This document shows, piece after piece, positions 18,915 to 28,255 of a DNA stretch of 64,000 nucleotides. The notes beneath the pieces were generated by a model, which did not search any database, was not told where the DNA came from, and saw only the letters and a list, made by a program, of their open reading frames with translations. Made by a program: the position numbers and the translations under genes. Positions within the stretch are counted from its first letter, which is position 1. The number at the start of each line of letters is the position of its first letter. Source of the stretch: Bacilli bacterium (GTDB lineage: Bacteria > Bacillota_I > Bacilli_A > ML615J-28 > CAG-698); contig JBMNLZ010000001.1 of the NCBI GenBank assembly GCA_050953065.1, positions 160,001 through 224,000 on the forward strand, in the 5' to 3' direction.

Positions 18915-20285
18915 TTATTTTATTTTTTCGTTTATGTATTTCTCCAAATCAAAAACTTTTATTCTTTCTTGTTCCATAGAATCACGTTCTCTAATTGTAA
19001 CACATTCATCTTCTAAAGTTTGAAAATCAATTGTAATGCAGTAAGGAGTTCCAATAGCATCTTGTCTACGATATCTTTTACCGATTTTTCCACTGGTATC
19101 ATATGTTGCCATAAATGTTTTTGAAATATTTTGATATATTTCAAAAGCTTTATCATTTAGTTTATTAACCAAAGGTAATACAGCTACCTTATAAGGAGCA
19201 AGTGATGGTTTTAATCTAAGCACTTCTCTTATTTCGCCATCTTCTAGTTCTTCTTCATCATAAGCACTAGTTATCACAGCTAAAAACAGTCTTTCTACCC
19301 CTACAGACGGTTCAACTACATATGGTATATATTTAGAATTATCATCAGAATCAAAGTATTCTAAATTTTCTTTAGAGTAATCTTGATGAACCTTCAAATC
19401 ATAATCAGTTCTATCAGCTATTCCCCAAAGTTCGCCCCAACCAAAATAAAATAAAAATTCTATATCAGTAGTTGCTTTAGAATAAAAACTTAATTCATCC
19501 TTTCCATGATCTCTAAAACGAAGGCGCTTATTATCTAAGCCTATTTTTTCTAAAAAATCTACACAAGCATCTTTCCAATATCTAAACCATTCTAAATCGG
19601 TGTCTGGTTTGCAGAAAAATTCTAATTCCATTTGTTCAAATTCGCGAGTTCTGAAGATAAAGTTTCCTGGAGTAATTTCGTTTCTAAAACTTTTTCCAAT
19701 TTGAGCGATTCCAAATGGAATTTTTTTTCTCATTGTTCTTTGAACATTTTTAAAATTGACAAATATTCCTTGAGCAGTCTCAGGTCTTAAGTAAATAGTG
19801 TTTTTTTCATCTTCAATTACTCCCTGATTAGTTTTGAACATCAAATTAAATTTCCTGATATCAGTAAAATCACTATTTTCACAATTAGGACATTTGACTT
19901 TATTTTCTTTTAAATAATTTGATATCTCTTCTTCTTTCCAACCATCAGTTGTAATTTTACAAACTTCTTCGATTAATTTATCTGCCCTATATCTTACACC
20001 GCATTTTTTGCAATCAATCAACGGGTCACTAAAACTACTAACGTGTCCGCTAGCAACCCAAACATTCGGATTCATAAGTATTGCACTATCCATACCAACA
20101 TTATATATAGATTCTTGAACAAAATACTTCCACCATGCTTTTTTAATATTATTTTTTAATTCAGCACCCAAAGGTCCATAATCCCAGGAATTAGCAAGGC
20201 CACCATAAATTTCACTTCCTTGATACACAAACCCTTGATTTTTTAAAAAGGCAACTAATTTATCCATTGTCATATTTTTTTGCAT
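18915..20285 (-). CDS. glyQS: Glycine--tRNA ligase (homodimeric alpha2 type)
   Basis: [46 protein letters not shown]. Confidence 0.95.
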   Translation of the reverse strand: MQKNMTMDKLVAFLKNQGFVYQGSEIYGGLANSWDYGPLGAELKNNIKKAWWKYFVQESIYNVGMDSAILMNPNVWVASGHVSSFSDPLIDCKKCGVRYRADKLIEEVCKITTDGWKEEEISNYLKENKVKCPNCENSDFTDIRKFNLMFKTNQGVIEDEKNTIYLRPETAQGIFVNFKNVQRTMRKKIPFGIAQIGKSFRNEITPGNFIFRTREFEQMELEFFCKPDTDLEWFRYWKDACVDFLEKIGLDNKRLRFRDHGKDELSFYSKATTDIEFLFYFGWGELWGIADRTDYDLKVHQDYSKENLEYFDSDDNSKYIPYVVEPSVGVERLFLAVITSAYDEEELEDGEIREVLRLKPSLAPYKVAVLPLVNKLNDKAFEIYQNISKTFMATYDTSGKIGKRYRRQDAIGTPYCITIDFQTLEDECVTIRERDSMEQERIKVFDLEKYINEKIK

Positions 20286-20439
20286 TTTATTCTCCTAAAT
20301 CATTTCAAAAATATAGTACTAATAATTATACCATAAATTTATATTGCAGTCAATAAACTAAAATACCTTAAAAATAAAACTTTTCTAAAACTCTAAAACA
20401 ATCTTTTTAAATATTTTTAATTTTAAAAATTTAATTCTT

Positions 20440-20847
20440 TTATCTAAAATGTTTTTTAAACTCCTTTTCTTTTAGATTAACTTGTTGAGCATTTAACTTA
20501 TTCTCAAGTTGAGTCTTCACTTCTTCTGTTAGCTGTGAACCTTTTATTAATTGAAGTATTTTCTCGCTTTCTTGCTTAGTAAACTTATTACTTTCAAGAT
20601 AACATCCTTTACCTTTAACTATTTTTATTTGATAACCTGCAACTTTTAATATTTCAAGATGTCTGCCAATAGTCTTTCTATCACACCAAATATCAAGATT
20701 TAGTTTTCTCCCAATACTGTTCACCATTTTAACTAACTCTATTTGTTTAATTGGCTTAGATTCATCGCTCATTTGTTCAAGTGCTTTTAATACGAGTAAT
20801 AAAACAATTTTTTTATTTCCATGTTTATTATTATTTTTTAATTCCAT
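20440..20847 (-). CDS. Winged-helix DNA-binding protein resembling the N-terminus of WYL regulators, without a WYL domain
   Basis: LLLVLKALEQMSDESKPIKQIEL...DRKTIGRHLEILK...GCYL...FTKQE; start revised to ATG 20847 (GAGG SD). Confidence 0.7.
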   Translation of the reverse strand: MELKNNNKHGNKKIVLLLVLKALEQMSDESKPIKQIELVKMVNSIGRKLNLDIWCDRKTIGRHLEILKVAGYQIKIVKGKGCYLESNKFTKQESEKILQLIKGSQLTEEVKTQLENKLNAQQVNLKEKEFKKHFR

Positions 20848-20959
20848 AGTTATTCCTCTTAATCTTATTTTAACATAATATATGTCCCAAAAAACGCCCA
20901 CATAGAAATTTTATCATTTTTTACTTCTTTTTACTACTCTTTTTATAAACCAATAATGA

Positions 20960-20986
20960 AAAAGTTAAGAATCTTATCTTAACTTT
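20960..20986 (-). terminator. Terminator after dapB
   Basis: AAAGTTAAGA...TCTTAACTTT stem. Confidence 0.6.
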
Positions 20987-20996
20987 AATCAAAAAA

Positions 20997-21719
20997 TTAT
21001 TTTATAGAGAGAACATCTCTCATATGATATAATCCTAATTCTTTTCCTTCCAAAAACTTAGCCGCGGCTAAAGCGCCGTTTATAAAGATCATTTTTGAAT
21101 GAGCTTCATGTTTAATTTCTATTACTTCATCTAATCCAGCATATATAACACTATGCTCTCCAGTAATAGTCCCCCCTCTAATAGAGTGAACTCCAATTTC
21201 TTTTCCTCTTTTAGATTCCCCTTTTCTTCCATATATAGGCTCATATTTTAAGTGAGAATTAATAGTATTAAGTAACATATTAGCTGTCCCACTTGGAGAA
21301 TCTACTTTTTTATTATGATGTTTTTCGATTATTTCTACATCAAAAGACTCTTTTACAATCGGAGTAATAATATCTGCTAACTTATTTAAAATAGCAACAC
21401 CTAAAGAAAAATTATAGGCTTGTAATACAGCGGTCTTAGTACCTAAAAATGCTATTCTTGTTAAATCTTCTTCTGTATAGCCTGTTGTACCAAAGATTAC
21501 TTTAACTTTTTCTTTTCTCACATATTCAAAAATTTCACCAAGCATAATTGGGCTAGAGAAATCAATAATCATATCTGGTTTTTCTGGTAAGTCATCAAAA
21601 GAATGAAAGCACCCTTCTTCAATGGCAACTACACCTATTAAAGTTAAAGATGGTCGCCTTTTAATTTCTTCAACTAATAATTTTCCCATTGTACCATAAC
21701 CAACTACAACTATTTTCAT
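20997..21719 (-). CDS. dapB: 4-hydroxy-tetrahydrodipicolinate reductase
   Basis: GYGTMG, IDFS, GTTG, EKHHNKKVDSPSGTA. Confidence 0.95.
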   Translation of the reverse strand: MKIVVVGYGTMGKLLVEEIKRRPSLTLIGVVAIEEGCFHSFDDLPEKPDMIIDFSSPIMLGEIFEYVRKEKVKVIFGTTGYTEEDLTRIAFLGTKTAVLQAYNFSLGVAILNKLADIITPIVKESFDVEIIEKHHNKKVDSPSGTANMLLNTINSHLKYEPIYGRKGESKRGKEIGVHSIRGGTITGEHSVIYAGLDEVIEIKHEAHSKMIFINGALAAAKFLEGKELGLYHMRDVLSIK

Positions 21720-22597
21720 TTTTTACCTCCTAATATTGATAAAGACTTAATAAGAGTTTCTTTATTTTTTTTGTCCATATAAGTAAGTGGCAATCTATAT
21801 CCACCAACATTAAACCCTAAATAATTCATTGCTTCCTTAATAGGAATAGGATTTGTTTCTATGAATAAAGTGTTTATTAAATCTAGATACTTTAATTGAA
21901 TACTTAAGGCTTCCTTTGTTTTACCATTTAAATAATTCATAACCAATTCATGCATTTCATTAGGTAAAATATTAGCAGCTACACTGATAACACCTACTCC
22001 ACCCATAGATAAAACAGGAACAATCATATCATCATTTCCTGATAATAAACAAAAGTCATCATTAACATACTTAGCAATTTTTGCAATATAGCTGATGTTA
22101 CCGCTCGCTTCTTTAATCCCGACAATGTTTTTATGCTTAGATAACTCGCCAACAACATCAACATCTATATTGCAACCTGTCCTACCAGGAACATTATATA
22201 GAATAACTGGAATATTAACGTTGTCTGCAACTATAAGAAAATGATCTAACATTCCTTGCCTATTAGTTTTATTGTAATATGGTGAAATAACAAGTAATCC
22301 ATCTACACCTAACTTTTCAAATTTTTGACTTTGAACTTTAGCAACTTCTGAATTATTTGATCCACTTCCTGCAATTACCGGAATTCGCTTATTAACATGT
22401 TTAACAACAAATTCAACTATTTTTTCATCTTCTTCATGAGTTAAAGTTGCTGATTCCCCTGTTGTTCCTAATATTACTAATCCATCAGTCTTTTTTTCAA
22501 TGTGATACTCAATCAATCTCTCAAATTCATCAAAATTAATACTACCATCTTCATACATTGGTGTGACTAAAGCCACATAAGAACCTCTAATTTTCAT
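21716..22597 (-). CDS. dapA: 4-hydroxy-tetrahydrodipicolinate synthase
   Basis: GTTGES, PYYNK, YNVPGRTG, GIKEASG; ATG 22597 after GGAGG. Confidence 0.96.
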   Translation of the reverse strand: MKIRGSYVALVTPMYEDGSINFDEFERLIEYHIEKKTDGLVILGTTGESATLTHEEDEKIVEFVVKHVNKRIPVIAGSGSNNSEVAKVQSQKFEKLGVDGLLVISPYYNKTNRQGMLDHFLIVADNVNIPVILYNVPGRTGCNIDVDVVGELSKHKNIVGIKEASGNISYIAKIAKYVNDDFCLLSGNDDMIVPVLSMGGVGVISVAANILPNEMHELVMNYLNGKTKEALSIQLKYLDLINTLFIETNPIPIKEAMNYLGFNVGGYRLPLTYMDKKNKETLIKSLSILGGKK

Positions 22598-22630
22598 TTT
22601 TTCCTCCAAAATAATCTATTAACTAAAAAT

Positions 22631-22651
22631 AAAAGAACGCCAAAGGCGCTC
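22631..22651 (-). terminator. Riboswitch expression-platform terminator
   Basis: GAGCGCC-TTT-GGCGTTC-TTTT between the riboswitch and dapA. Confidence 0.65.
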
Positions 22652-22671
22652 ATTAATGCAATATAATTGAC

Positions 22672-22834
22672 AGTAATAGCGCCACTACCCTATATGGGTA
22701 ATGAGTGTTATAGGTTTTTCCTATAACCCCACATATAGATTTCTCAAGTCTACACGTTCGGCGATGATTACCTTTCACATACTTCATCGAATGACTTCTC
22801 CATATATTACTATGATGCATCGCTACCTCTATTA
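22672..22834 (-). ncRNA. Lysine riboswitch
   Basis: TAATAGAGGTAGCG...AGTA...GAAAGG...CGCCGAA...TGGGG...GGCGCTATTA with P1 pairing, directly upstream of dapA-dapB. Confidence 0.9.
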
Positions 22835-22884
22835 TATTTAGTTTTTTTTATTATAACACGTAAAAATAAGTTTGTAAAGCATAA

Positions 22885-23973
22885 TTAAGCAATAATTATT
22901 TTTTTAAAGGTATTAAAACCTATTTCTAAAACATCCATATCAAAATCAAAATCATTTTTATGAAGATTGGTTTTGTCACCTATCCCTAAAAACATATACA
23001 AAGATTTTATCTTTTTTCCATAGAAAGAGAAGTCTTCAGATTGCATAGCCGGTTTTGTAAGCTCATACAAATCGATTATCTTTTTTGTTTTTGAAAATAA
23101 TTCATAATCGTTTTTAAGAGCTGGATATGCGGCTTGTAAACATATATCTATATGGCATTTAAACTCAGATTCAACAGATTTTTTGATTTCATCAATATTT
23201 TCCATTATTTTTTTAAAATCATTTTCGTCATAAGTCCTTAGGCTTCCCTTAATTAAAGTCATATCACTAATTGCATTTAGAACTTTACCACTTTGAAAAA
23301 CACCAAATTTTAAAATTTTATTCTCTTTAGTTTCACATTTTTCAATCATTTCATATAATCTATTGATCAAAACACAGCCTATATGTAAAGCGTCTATTCC
23401 TAAAAAATGATTAGCTATATGAATACTTTTACCAAAAATTTCTATATCTATTTCATTTGCTTGAGACATCATGTAGTTTGGTCTTGAAAAAATTTTTCCC
23501 TTTTCAAGATTTGGCCATAGATGAAGCCCATAAATTTCTACTACATTTAATTTAGATAATATGCCAGAATTAATAATTCCTTGAGATCCACCAATCGTTT
23601 CTTCAGCAGGTTGAAAAATTAACAAAATATTTTTTTTAATATTTTTAGAGTTATCATTAATATATTTGGCTAATACTAATAGAATTGCCATATGACCATC
23701 ATGGCCACAAGCATGCATACATCCATTAGTAGATGCGAATGGCAAATTTGTTTTTTCAAAAATTTTTAAAGCATCCATATCTGCTCTAAAAGCAATAGTT
23801 TCTCTATAACCTAAATCAAAGTATCCTAAAACAGAGGTTTCATAAACTTCATATATTTGACATTGATATTTTTTCAAAATATTTTTAATGTAATTGCTAG
23901 TTTTAAACTCCTTTAAAGCCAATTCAGGAATTTGATGTAAATCTATTCGATATTTTTTTAACAAATCTAACAT
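22885..23973 (-). CDS. M20D amidohydrolase, likely N-acetyldiaminopimelate deacetylase
   Basis: LHQIPEL, FRADMDAL, MHACGHDGH, FQPAEE, EDFSFY; next to dapAB. Confidence 0.8.
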   Translation of the reverse strand: MLDLLKKYRIDLHQIPELALKEFKTSNYIKNILKKYQCQIYEVYETSVLGYFDLGYRETIAFRADMDALKIFEKTNLPFASTNGCMHACGHDGHMAILLVLAKYINDNSKNIKKNILLIFQPAEETIGGSQGIINSGILSKLNVVEIYGLHLWPNLEKGKIFSRPNYMMSQANEIDIEIFGKSIHIANHFLGIDALHIGCVLINRLYEMIEKCETKENKILKFGVFQSGKVLNAISDMTLIKGSLRTYDENDFKKIMENIDEIKKSVESEFKCHIDICLQAAYPALKNDYELFSKTKKIIDLYELTKPAMQSEDFSFYGKKIKSLYMFLGIGDKTNLHKNDFDFDMDVLEIGFNTFKKIIIA

Positions 23974-23982
23974 TTATTTGCT

Positions 23983-25119
23983 CTATTCTTTATTATCAAA
24001 ATTATATACAAAGCATCTTCTTCTTCTATGTTGACGAACATCAAACAACTTCCATTGAGCTTTCATAGGTTCATTCAATTCTAATTCAGGACCAGTTTCT
24101 GCTCTAATTACGCCATTTTTAAGAGCGGTATTAATAGCTTCATTTAATATTATCGCATTTACTCCTCTATTTTGATATTCAGGTCTTACTCCAATCAAAT
24201 AACAATCCAAAATTTTTTCATGCTTTAAAGCTCTTAAAATCTTTATAAATCCAAAAGGAAATAATCTCCCTTTACAAGATTGAAGAGCACGAGATAAAGA
24301 TGGCAATAATAAACCAAAACCTATCATTTCATTATTTTTATTTCTAACATCATAAAAATAATCTAAATTAACTAAAGGATAAAATTGCTTTGTATACTTT
24401 TTAATTTGATTATCTGTTAAGGGAACTACTCCATATAAATGCGCATATGATTCTTGAATAATATCAAAAAAATCTGGTATTATTTTCTTTAATTGTCTAC
24501 GTTTTGTATGTTTATGAAACTTAAAGCCATATTTTTCTTTAATTCCTTTGGTTAGTTTTTGAAGTCTTTCATTTGGTTCGCTAGGCGGAAATACTTGAAA
24601 CTCTATCCAATCAGCGTCTTTAACAAAGCCCAGTTTAGTCAAATGTTCAAAATAATATGGCGCATTATAAATTGTAACAAACATATCCAACTCTTCAAAC
24701 CCTTCAATTAACATCCCTTGCTTATCAAAATCACAAAATCCAATAGGTCCTATTATTGAATCAAGTCCAAGTTCTTTTGCCCAATTCTCTAATGCTTTAA
24801 ATAAAGCTTTGCTAACTTCAAAGTTATCGATAGTATCAAATCTAGAAAATCTTAACTGTTTTTTCTTAGTTTTTTCAATATGAGCTTTATTATATATACC
24901 AGCTATTCTTCCGACCACTTCTCCATTTATAAAAGCTAAATATAATTTAGTTTCACAATATTCATAAGCTGGGTTTTTCTTTGGAATAAACATACTTATT
25001 TCATCGCTGATTAAATCCGGAACAAAAAACTCATTTTCTTCATAAAGTTTATTGCAAAAACTAACAAAAGTTTTCAAATCTTTTTTGTTAACTACTTCTT
25101 TTAAAATAACTTCACTCAT
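23983..25119 (-). CDS. GNAT-fold bacterial ceramide synthase-like protein (bCerS/YghO-like)
   Basis: KNPAYEYC, VVGRIAGIYN, GPIGFCDFDKQGMLIEGF, YNAPYY, GRLFPFG, IGVRPEYQNRG, ELELN; genomic context with SPT. Confidence 0.78.
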   Translation of the reverse strand: MSEVILKEVVNKKDLKTFVSFCNKLYEENEFFVPDLISDEISMFIPKKNPAYEYCETKLYLAFINGEVVGRIAGIYNKAHIEKTKKKQLRFSRFDTIDNFEVSKALFKALENWAKELGLDSIIGPIGFCDFDKQGMLIEGFEELDMFVTIYNAPYYFEHLTKLGFVKDADWIEFQVFPPSEPNERLQKLTKGIKEKYGFKFHKHTKRRQLKKIIPDFFDIIQESYAHLYGVVPLTDNQIKKYTKQFYPLVNLDYFYDVRNKNNEMIGFGLLLPSLSRALQSCKGRLFPFGFIKILRALKHEKILDCYLIGVRPEYQNRGVNAIILNEAINTALKNGVIRAETGPELELNEPMKAQWKLFDVRQHRRRRCFVYNFDNKE

Positions 25120-25128
25120 AAAAACCTC

Positions 25129-25917
25129 TTATTTCGCATACATTTTATAAAGAACATATAAAACAAATCTGTTAGGTAAAAATTTCTTTAGAAAAACAAA
25201 TAGCTTATAACTAAAACCTACCGATTTTACTACTGGTGGATTTTTTTTCTTTATAATTTTATATATTACTTTAGATACTACAACAGGGCTCCCCCCATTT
25301 ATCTCATCTTTTTCCATTTTTTTAATAGACCTTTTAAATCTTTCGTAATACACAGAATCTTCTTCTTCTGATTTTGATCTATTTTCAGTAAAACTAGTTT
25401 TTGTATCTCCTGGCATAACACAAGTTACTTTAACTCCAAAAGGCTTAACTTCTAATGCTAGCCCTTCTGAAAAAGATAAAACTGCAGCTTTACTTAAAGA
25501 ATACATAGTTTGAAAAGGAATAGTAAGAACACCAGCAATACTTCCTATATTAATTATTTTTCCCTTTGTTTCTCTTAAATAAGGCAAACATGCTTGTGAC
25601 ATCCTAATCATAGATACTATATTTAAATCAATTGTTTTTTTTATATCTTCACAAGGTGTATTCTCAATAGATCCACTGACACCTATTCCAGCATTATTGA
25701 TTAGCACATCGATTCTTTTCTCATTAGAAACAATCACTGAAATAGCATTTAAAATCTCACTCTCATTAGTAATATCACACTGTAAATACTTTATGTTAGA
25801 TAATTTTCCAGTTCTTCTAGCAAGGCAATAAATATTATAATCTTTTTTTGCTAAATATTCTGCGGTTACTTGCCCTATTCCCGAAGTAGCACCTGTTATA
25901 ACTACTACTTTTTTCAT
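25129..25917 (-). CDS. Short-chain dehydrogenase/reductase, putative 3-ketodihydrosphingosine/oxidised-ceramide reductase
   Basis: TGATSGIG, NNAG, catalytic YSLSK, PGDTKT; sits between SPT and the bCerS-like gene. Confidence 0.72.
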   Translation of the reverse strand: MKKVVVITGATSGIGQVTAEYLAKKDYNIYCLARRTGKLSNIKYLQCDITNESEILNAISVIVSNEKRIDVLINNAGIGVSGSIENTPCEDIKKTIDLNIVSMIRMSQACLPYLRETKGKIINIGSIAGVLTIPFQTMYSLSKAAVLSFSEGLALEVKPFGVKVTCVMPGDTKTSFTENRSKSEEEDSVYYERFKRSIKKMEKDEINGGSPVVVSKVIYKIIKKKNPPVVKSVGFSYKLFVFLKKFLPNRFVLYVLYKMYAK

Positions 25918-25925
25918 ACTTATAC

Positions 25926-27107
25926 CTAAATAACCTCTAAAATTTCAAGTACTTCTTTTATTTTAGAAATTGCAAAATCCATCTGTTCCTTCGTATGAGT
26001 AGCTGTATAACTTGTTCTTAATAAACTCATTCCAACAGGTGTTGCAGGTGAAATTACTGGATTTACATAAACACCACGTTCCATTAATAATTTACAAGCT
26101 TGAAAAGTTTTAACATCATCATATGTATAAATAGGTATTATTGGTGTTTCGCTTTCAATAATGTTTATTCCAGCTTTTTTAAGGCCTTGCCTCATATAAT
26201 TACTAATTGATCTTAAATTTTCAATTCTTTCAGGTTCAGATTCAAGAATCTTCAATGCTTCTAATGCACTCGCAGCGCAGCCAGGAGTTATTGATGCACT
26301 AAAAATAAACGGTCTAGATGTATGTTTAACATATTCTATCACTTGTTTTTTAGCAGCCATATAACCACCTAAGCTAGCTAATGATTTTGAAAAAGTTCCC
26401 ATATAAATATCTACATCATCTTCAAGACCGAAATGTTCAGCTGTTCCTCGACCATGTTTACCTAAAACACCCAAACCATGAGCATCATCGACCATTACTC
26501 TAGCACCATATTCTTTAGCTAATCTCACAATTTCAGGCAAATTGCATATATCGCCCCCCATGCTGAAAACGCCATCAGTAACTATTAAAATTCCTTTATT
26601 TTGATCGATTGATTTTAAAATTTTTTCTAAATCTTCCATATCATTATGTTCATAACGTAATAATTTAGCATAGCTCAATCTACAAGCATCATATATGCTT
26701 GCATGATTTTCTTTATCACCAACTATAATATCATCACGACCACAAATTGCACTGATTATTCCCAAATTACTTTGAAAACCAGTACTAAAAGTTATAACTG
26801 CTTCTTTATTAAGAAATTTAGCTAAAGCCTTTTCTAATTTTACATGTAAATCTAGAGTTCCATTTAAAAATCTTGAACCAGAACATCCACTTCCATATTT
26901 TTCAATTGCTTCTATAGCAGCTTTCTTAACTCTTTTATCAGAAGTAAGTCCTAGATAGTTATTGGAACCAATCATAACTGTCTTCTTACCTTCAATAAAA
27001 ACCTCAGTATCTTGACCAGTTTCTAATTCATGAAAATAAGGATAAATTCCAGCAGCTTTAGTAGTTTCTACTTTTTCTAATTTTTCTGTTTTTTTAAATA
27101 AATCCAT
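25926..27107 (-). CDS. spt: Serine palmitoyltransferase (alpha-oxoamine synthase family)
   Basis: AGIYPYF, GSNNYLGL, GCSGSRFLNGT, NHASI, DDAHG, PLP-lysine motif GTFSKSLASLGG typical of bacterial SPTs. Confidence 0.78.
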   Translation of the reverse strand: MDLFKKTEKLEKVETTKAAGIYPYFHELETGQDTEVFIEGKKTVMIGSNNYLGLTSDKRVKKAAIEAIEKYGSGCSGSRFLNGTLDLHVKLEKALAKFLNKEAVITFSTGFQSNLGIISAICGRDDIIVGDKENHASIYDACRLSYAKLLRYEHNDMEDLEKILKSIDQNKGILIVTDGVFSMGGDICNLPEIVRLAKEYGARVMVDDAHGLGVLGKHGRGTAEHFGLEDDVDIYMGTFSKSLASLGGYMAAKKQVIEYVKHTSRPFIFSASITPGCAASALEALKILESEPERIENLRSISNYMRQGLKKAGINIIESETPIIPIYTYDDVKTFQACKLLMERGVYVNPVISPATPVGMSLLRTSYTATHTKEQMDFAISKIKEVLEILEVI

Positions 27108-27133
27108 TTTTTTCTCCTCGCATATTTTAGATT

Positions 27134-27865
27134 TTAAAAACCTATTATATTTCTTAATATGTAATATATAATTACTAGTAATAAAGATGGTAGCATATCA
27201 GCAATTCTAATTTTTTTATAACTCTCAATGTGTTCAAATAAAAAATTAATACCTATACACATGACAATGGTGTACCCTACCAAACAAAAAGCATTTAAAA
27301 AGTCCGTTTGAGTTAAAAAATCTTTTGCAAAAAAAGCAATTAATGTTAATACTCCCTGATAAATAAATACTGATATAGCCGCAAAAAGCACACCAAATCC
27401 TAAAGTTGCAGCCATTAACATCGCTGCTACACCATCAATTGCTGATTTTAAAAATAAGACATTATAATCACCCACTGAAGCTTGTACACTGCCAAAAATA
27501 GCCATAGCGCCAACGCACATTACTAAACTTGCTGTCACAAAGCCTTCTGAAAACGAGCCCTTATTTAGTTTAAGTTCTATGTAGTCGCCAAATCTTTTAA
27601 TATTTCCATCAATATTAAGAAAAGTTCCAAATAAAGTTCCTAAACTTAAACTTATTAGCAATAATAATTCAAATTGAGTTTTCAAAAGTCCATCTTCAAT
27701 AAAAAGCATTGACTTTAAAACACCTGCTAGTCCAATTATTAATACTACTATTCCTATAGTTTTAAGTAAACTATCACATATTTCTTTTTTTAGTTTTGAT
27801 TTTAATATTAAACCAATTAAACCACCTAGCAGAATAGCAAGTGCATTTACTACAGTAGCAATCAT
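27134..27865 (-). CDS. DUF554 family membrane protein
   Basis: TVVNALAILLGG, EGFVTASLVMCVGAMAIFGS, KSAIDG, QG motif. Confidence 0.88.
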   Translation of the reverse strand: MIATVVNALAILLGGLIGLILKSKLKKEICDSLLKTIGIVVLIIGLAGVLKSMLFIEDGLLKTQFELLLLISLSLGTLFGTFLNIDGNIKRFGDYIELKLNKGSFSEGFVTASLVMCVGAMAIFGSVQASVGDYNVLFLKSAIDGVAAMLMAATLGFGVLFAAISVFIYQGVLTLIAFFAKDFLTQTDFLNAFCLVGYTIVMCIGINFLFEHIESYKKIRIADMLPSLLLVIIYYILRNIIGF

Positions 27866-27952
27866 TTTATTACCTCATAACTTATTGTATTATACCACAT
27901 CTAAAAAATAAATAAAAGCAAAAACAATTCAATTACATTTAAAAAATAGTGC

Positions 27953-28255
27953 CTAAGCACTATTTTTTAATTGATCTATATATTCTTGTGCCTTCTTTTT
28001 TTGGTCACTAGATAAAGGTTTGCATTTGGATAAATCTCCATTATTAATAATTATATCTTCAGCCAAACCTTTACATCCTGCAAATCCACAACTTCCACAA
28101 TTATATCCTGGAAGCAAATTAACCAGTTCTTCTACTCTATTATCATCTTCAACATAAAAATACTTATTAAAGATAGCAATTAAAACTCCAAAAAAACTAC
28201 CTATGCCAGCTAAAATTAACGCTGGTAATATATAAACACTAAATATACTAATCAT
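27953..28255 (-). CDS. rnfB: Rnf subunit B, short form (TM + one FeS domain only)
   Basis: TM helix, then LPGYNCGSCGFAGC...C; no ferredoxin repeats. Confidence 0.85.
   Translation of the reverse strand: MISIFSVYILPALILAGIGSFFGVLIAIFNKYFYVEDDNRVEELVNLLPGYNCGSCGFAGCKGLAEDIIINNGDLSKCKPLSSDQKKKAQEYIDQLKNSA

Noticed and set aside
25926-27107. Annotation as BioF or glycine C-acetyltransferase (Kbl)
   Set aside because: No bio or tdh genes adjacent; GTFSKS motif and SDR + bCerS-like neighbours fit SPT better (not proven without phylogeny)
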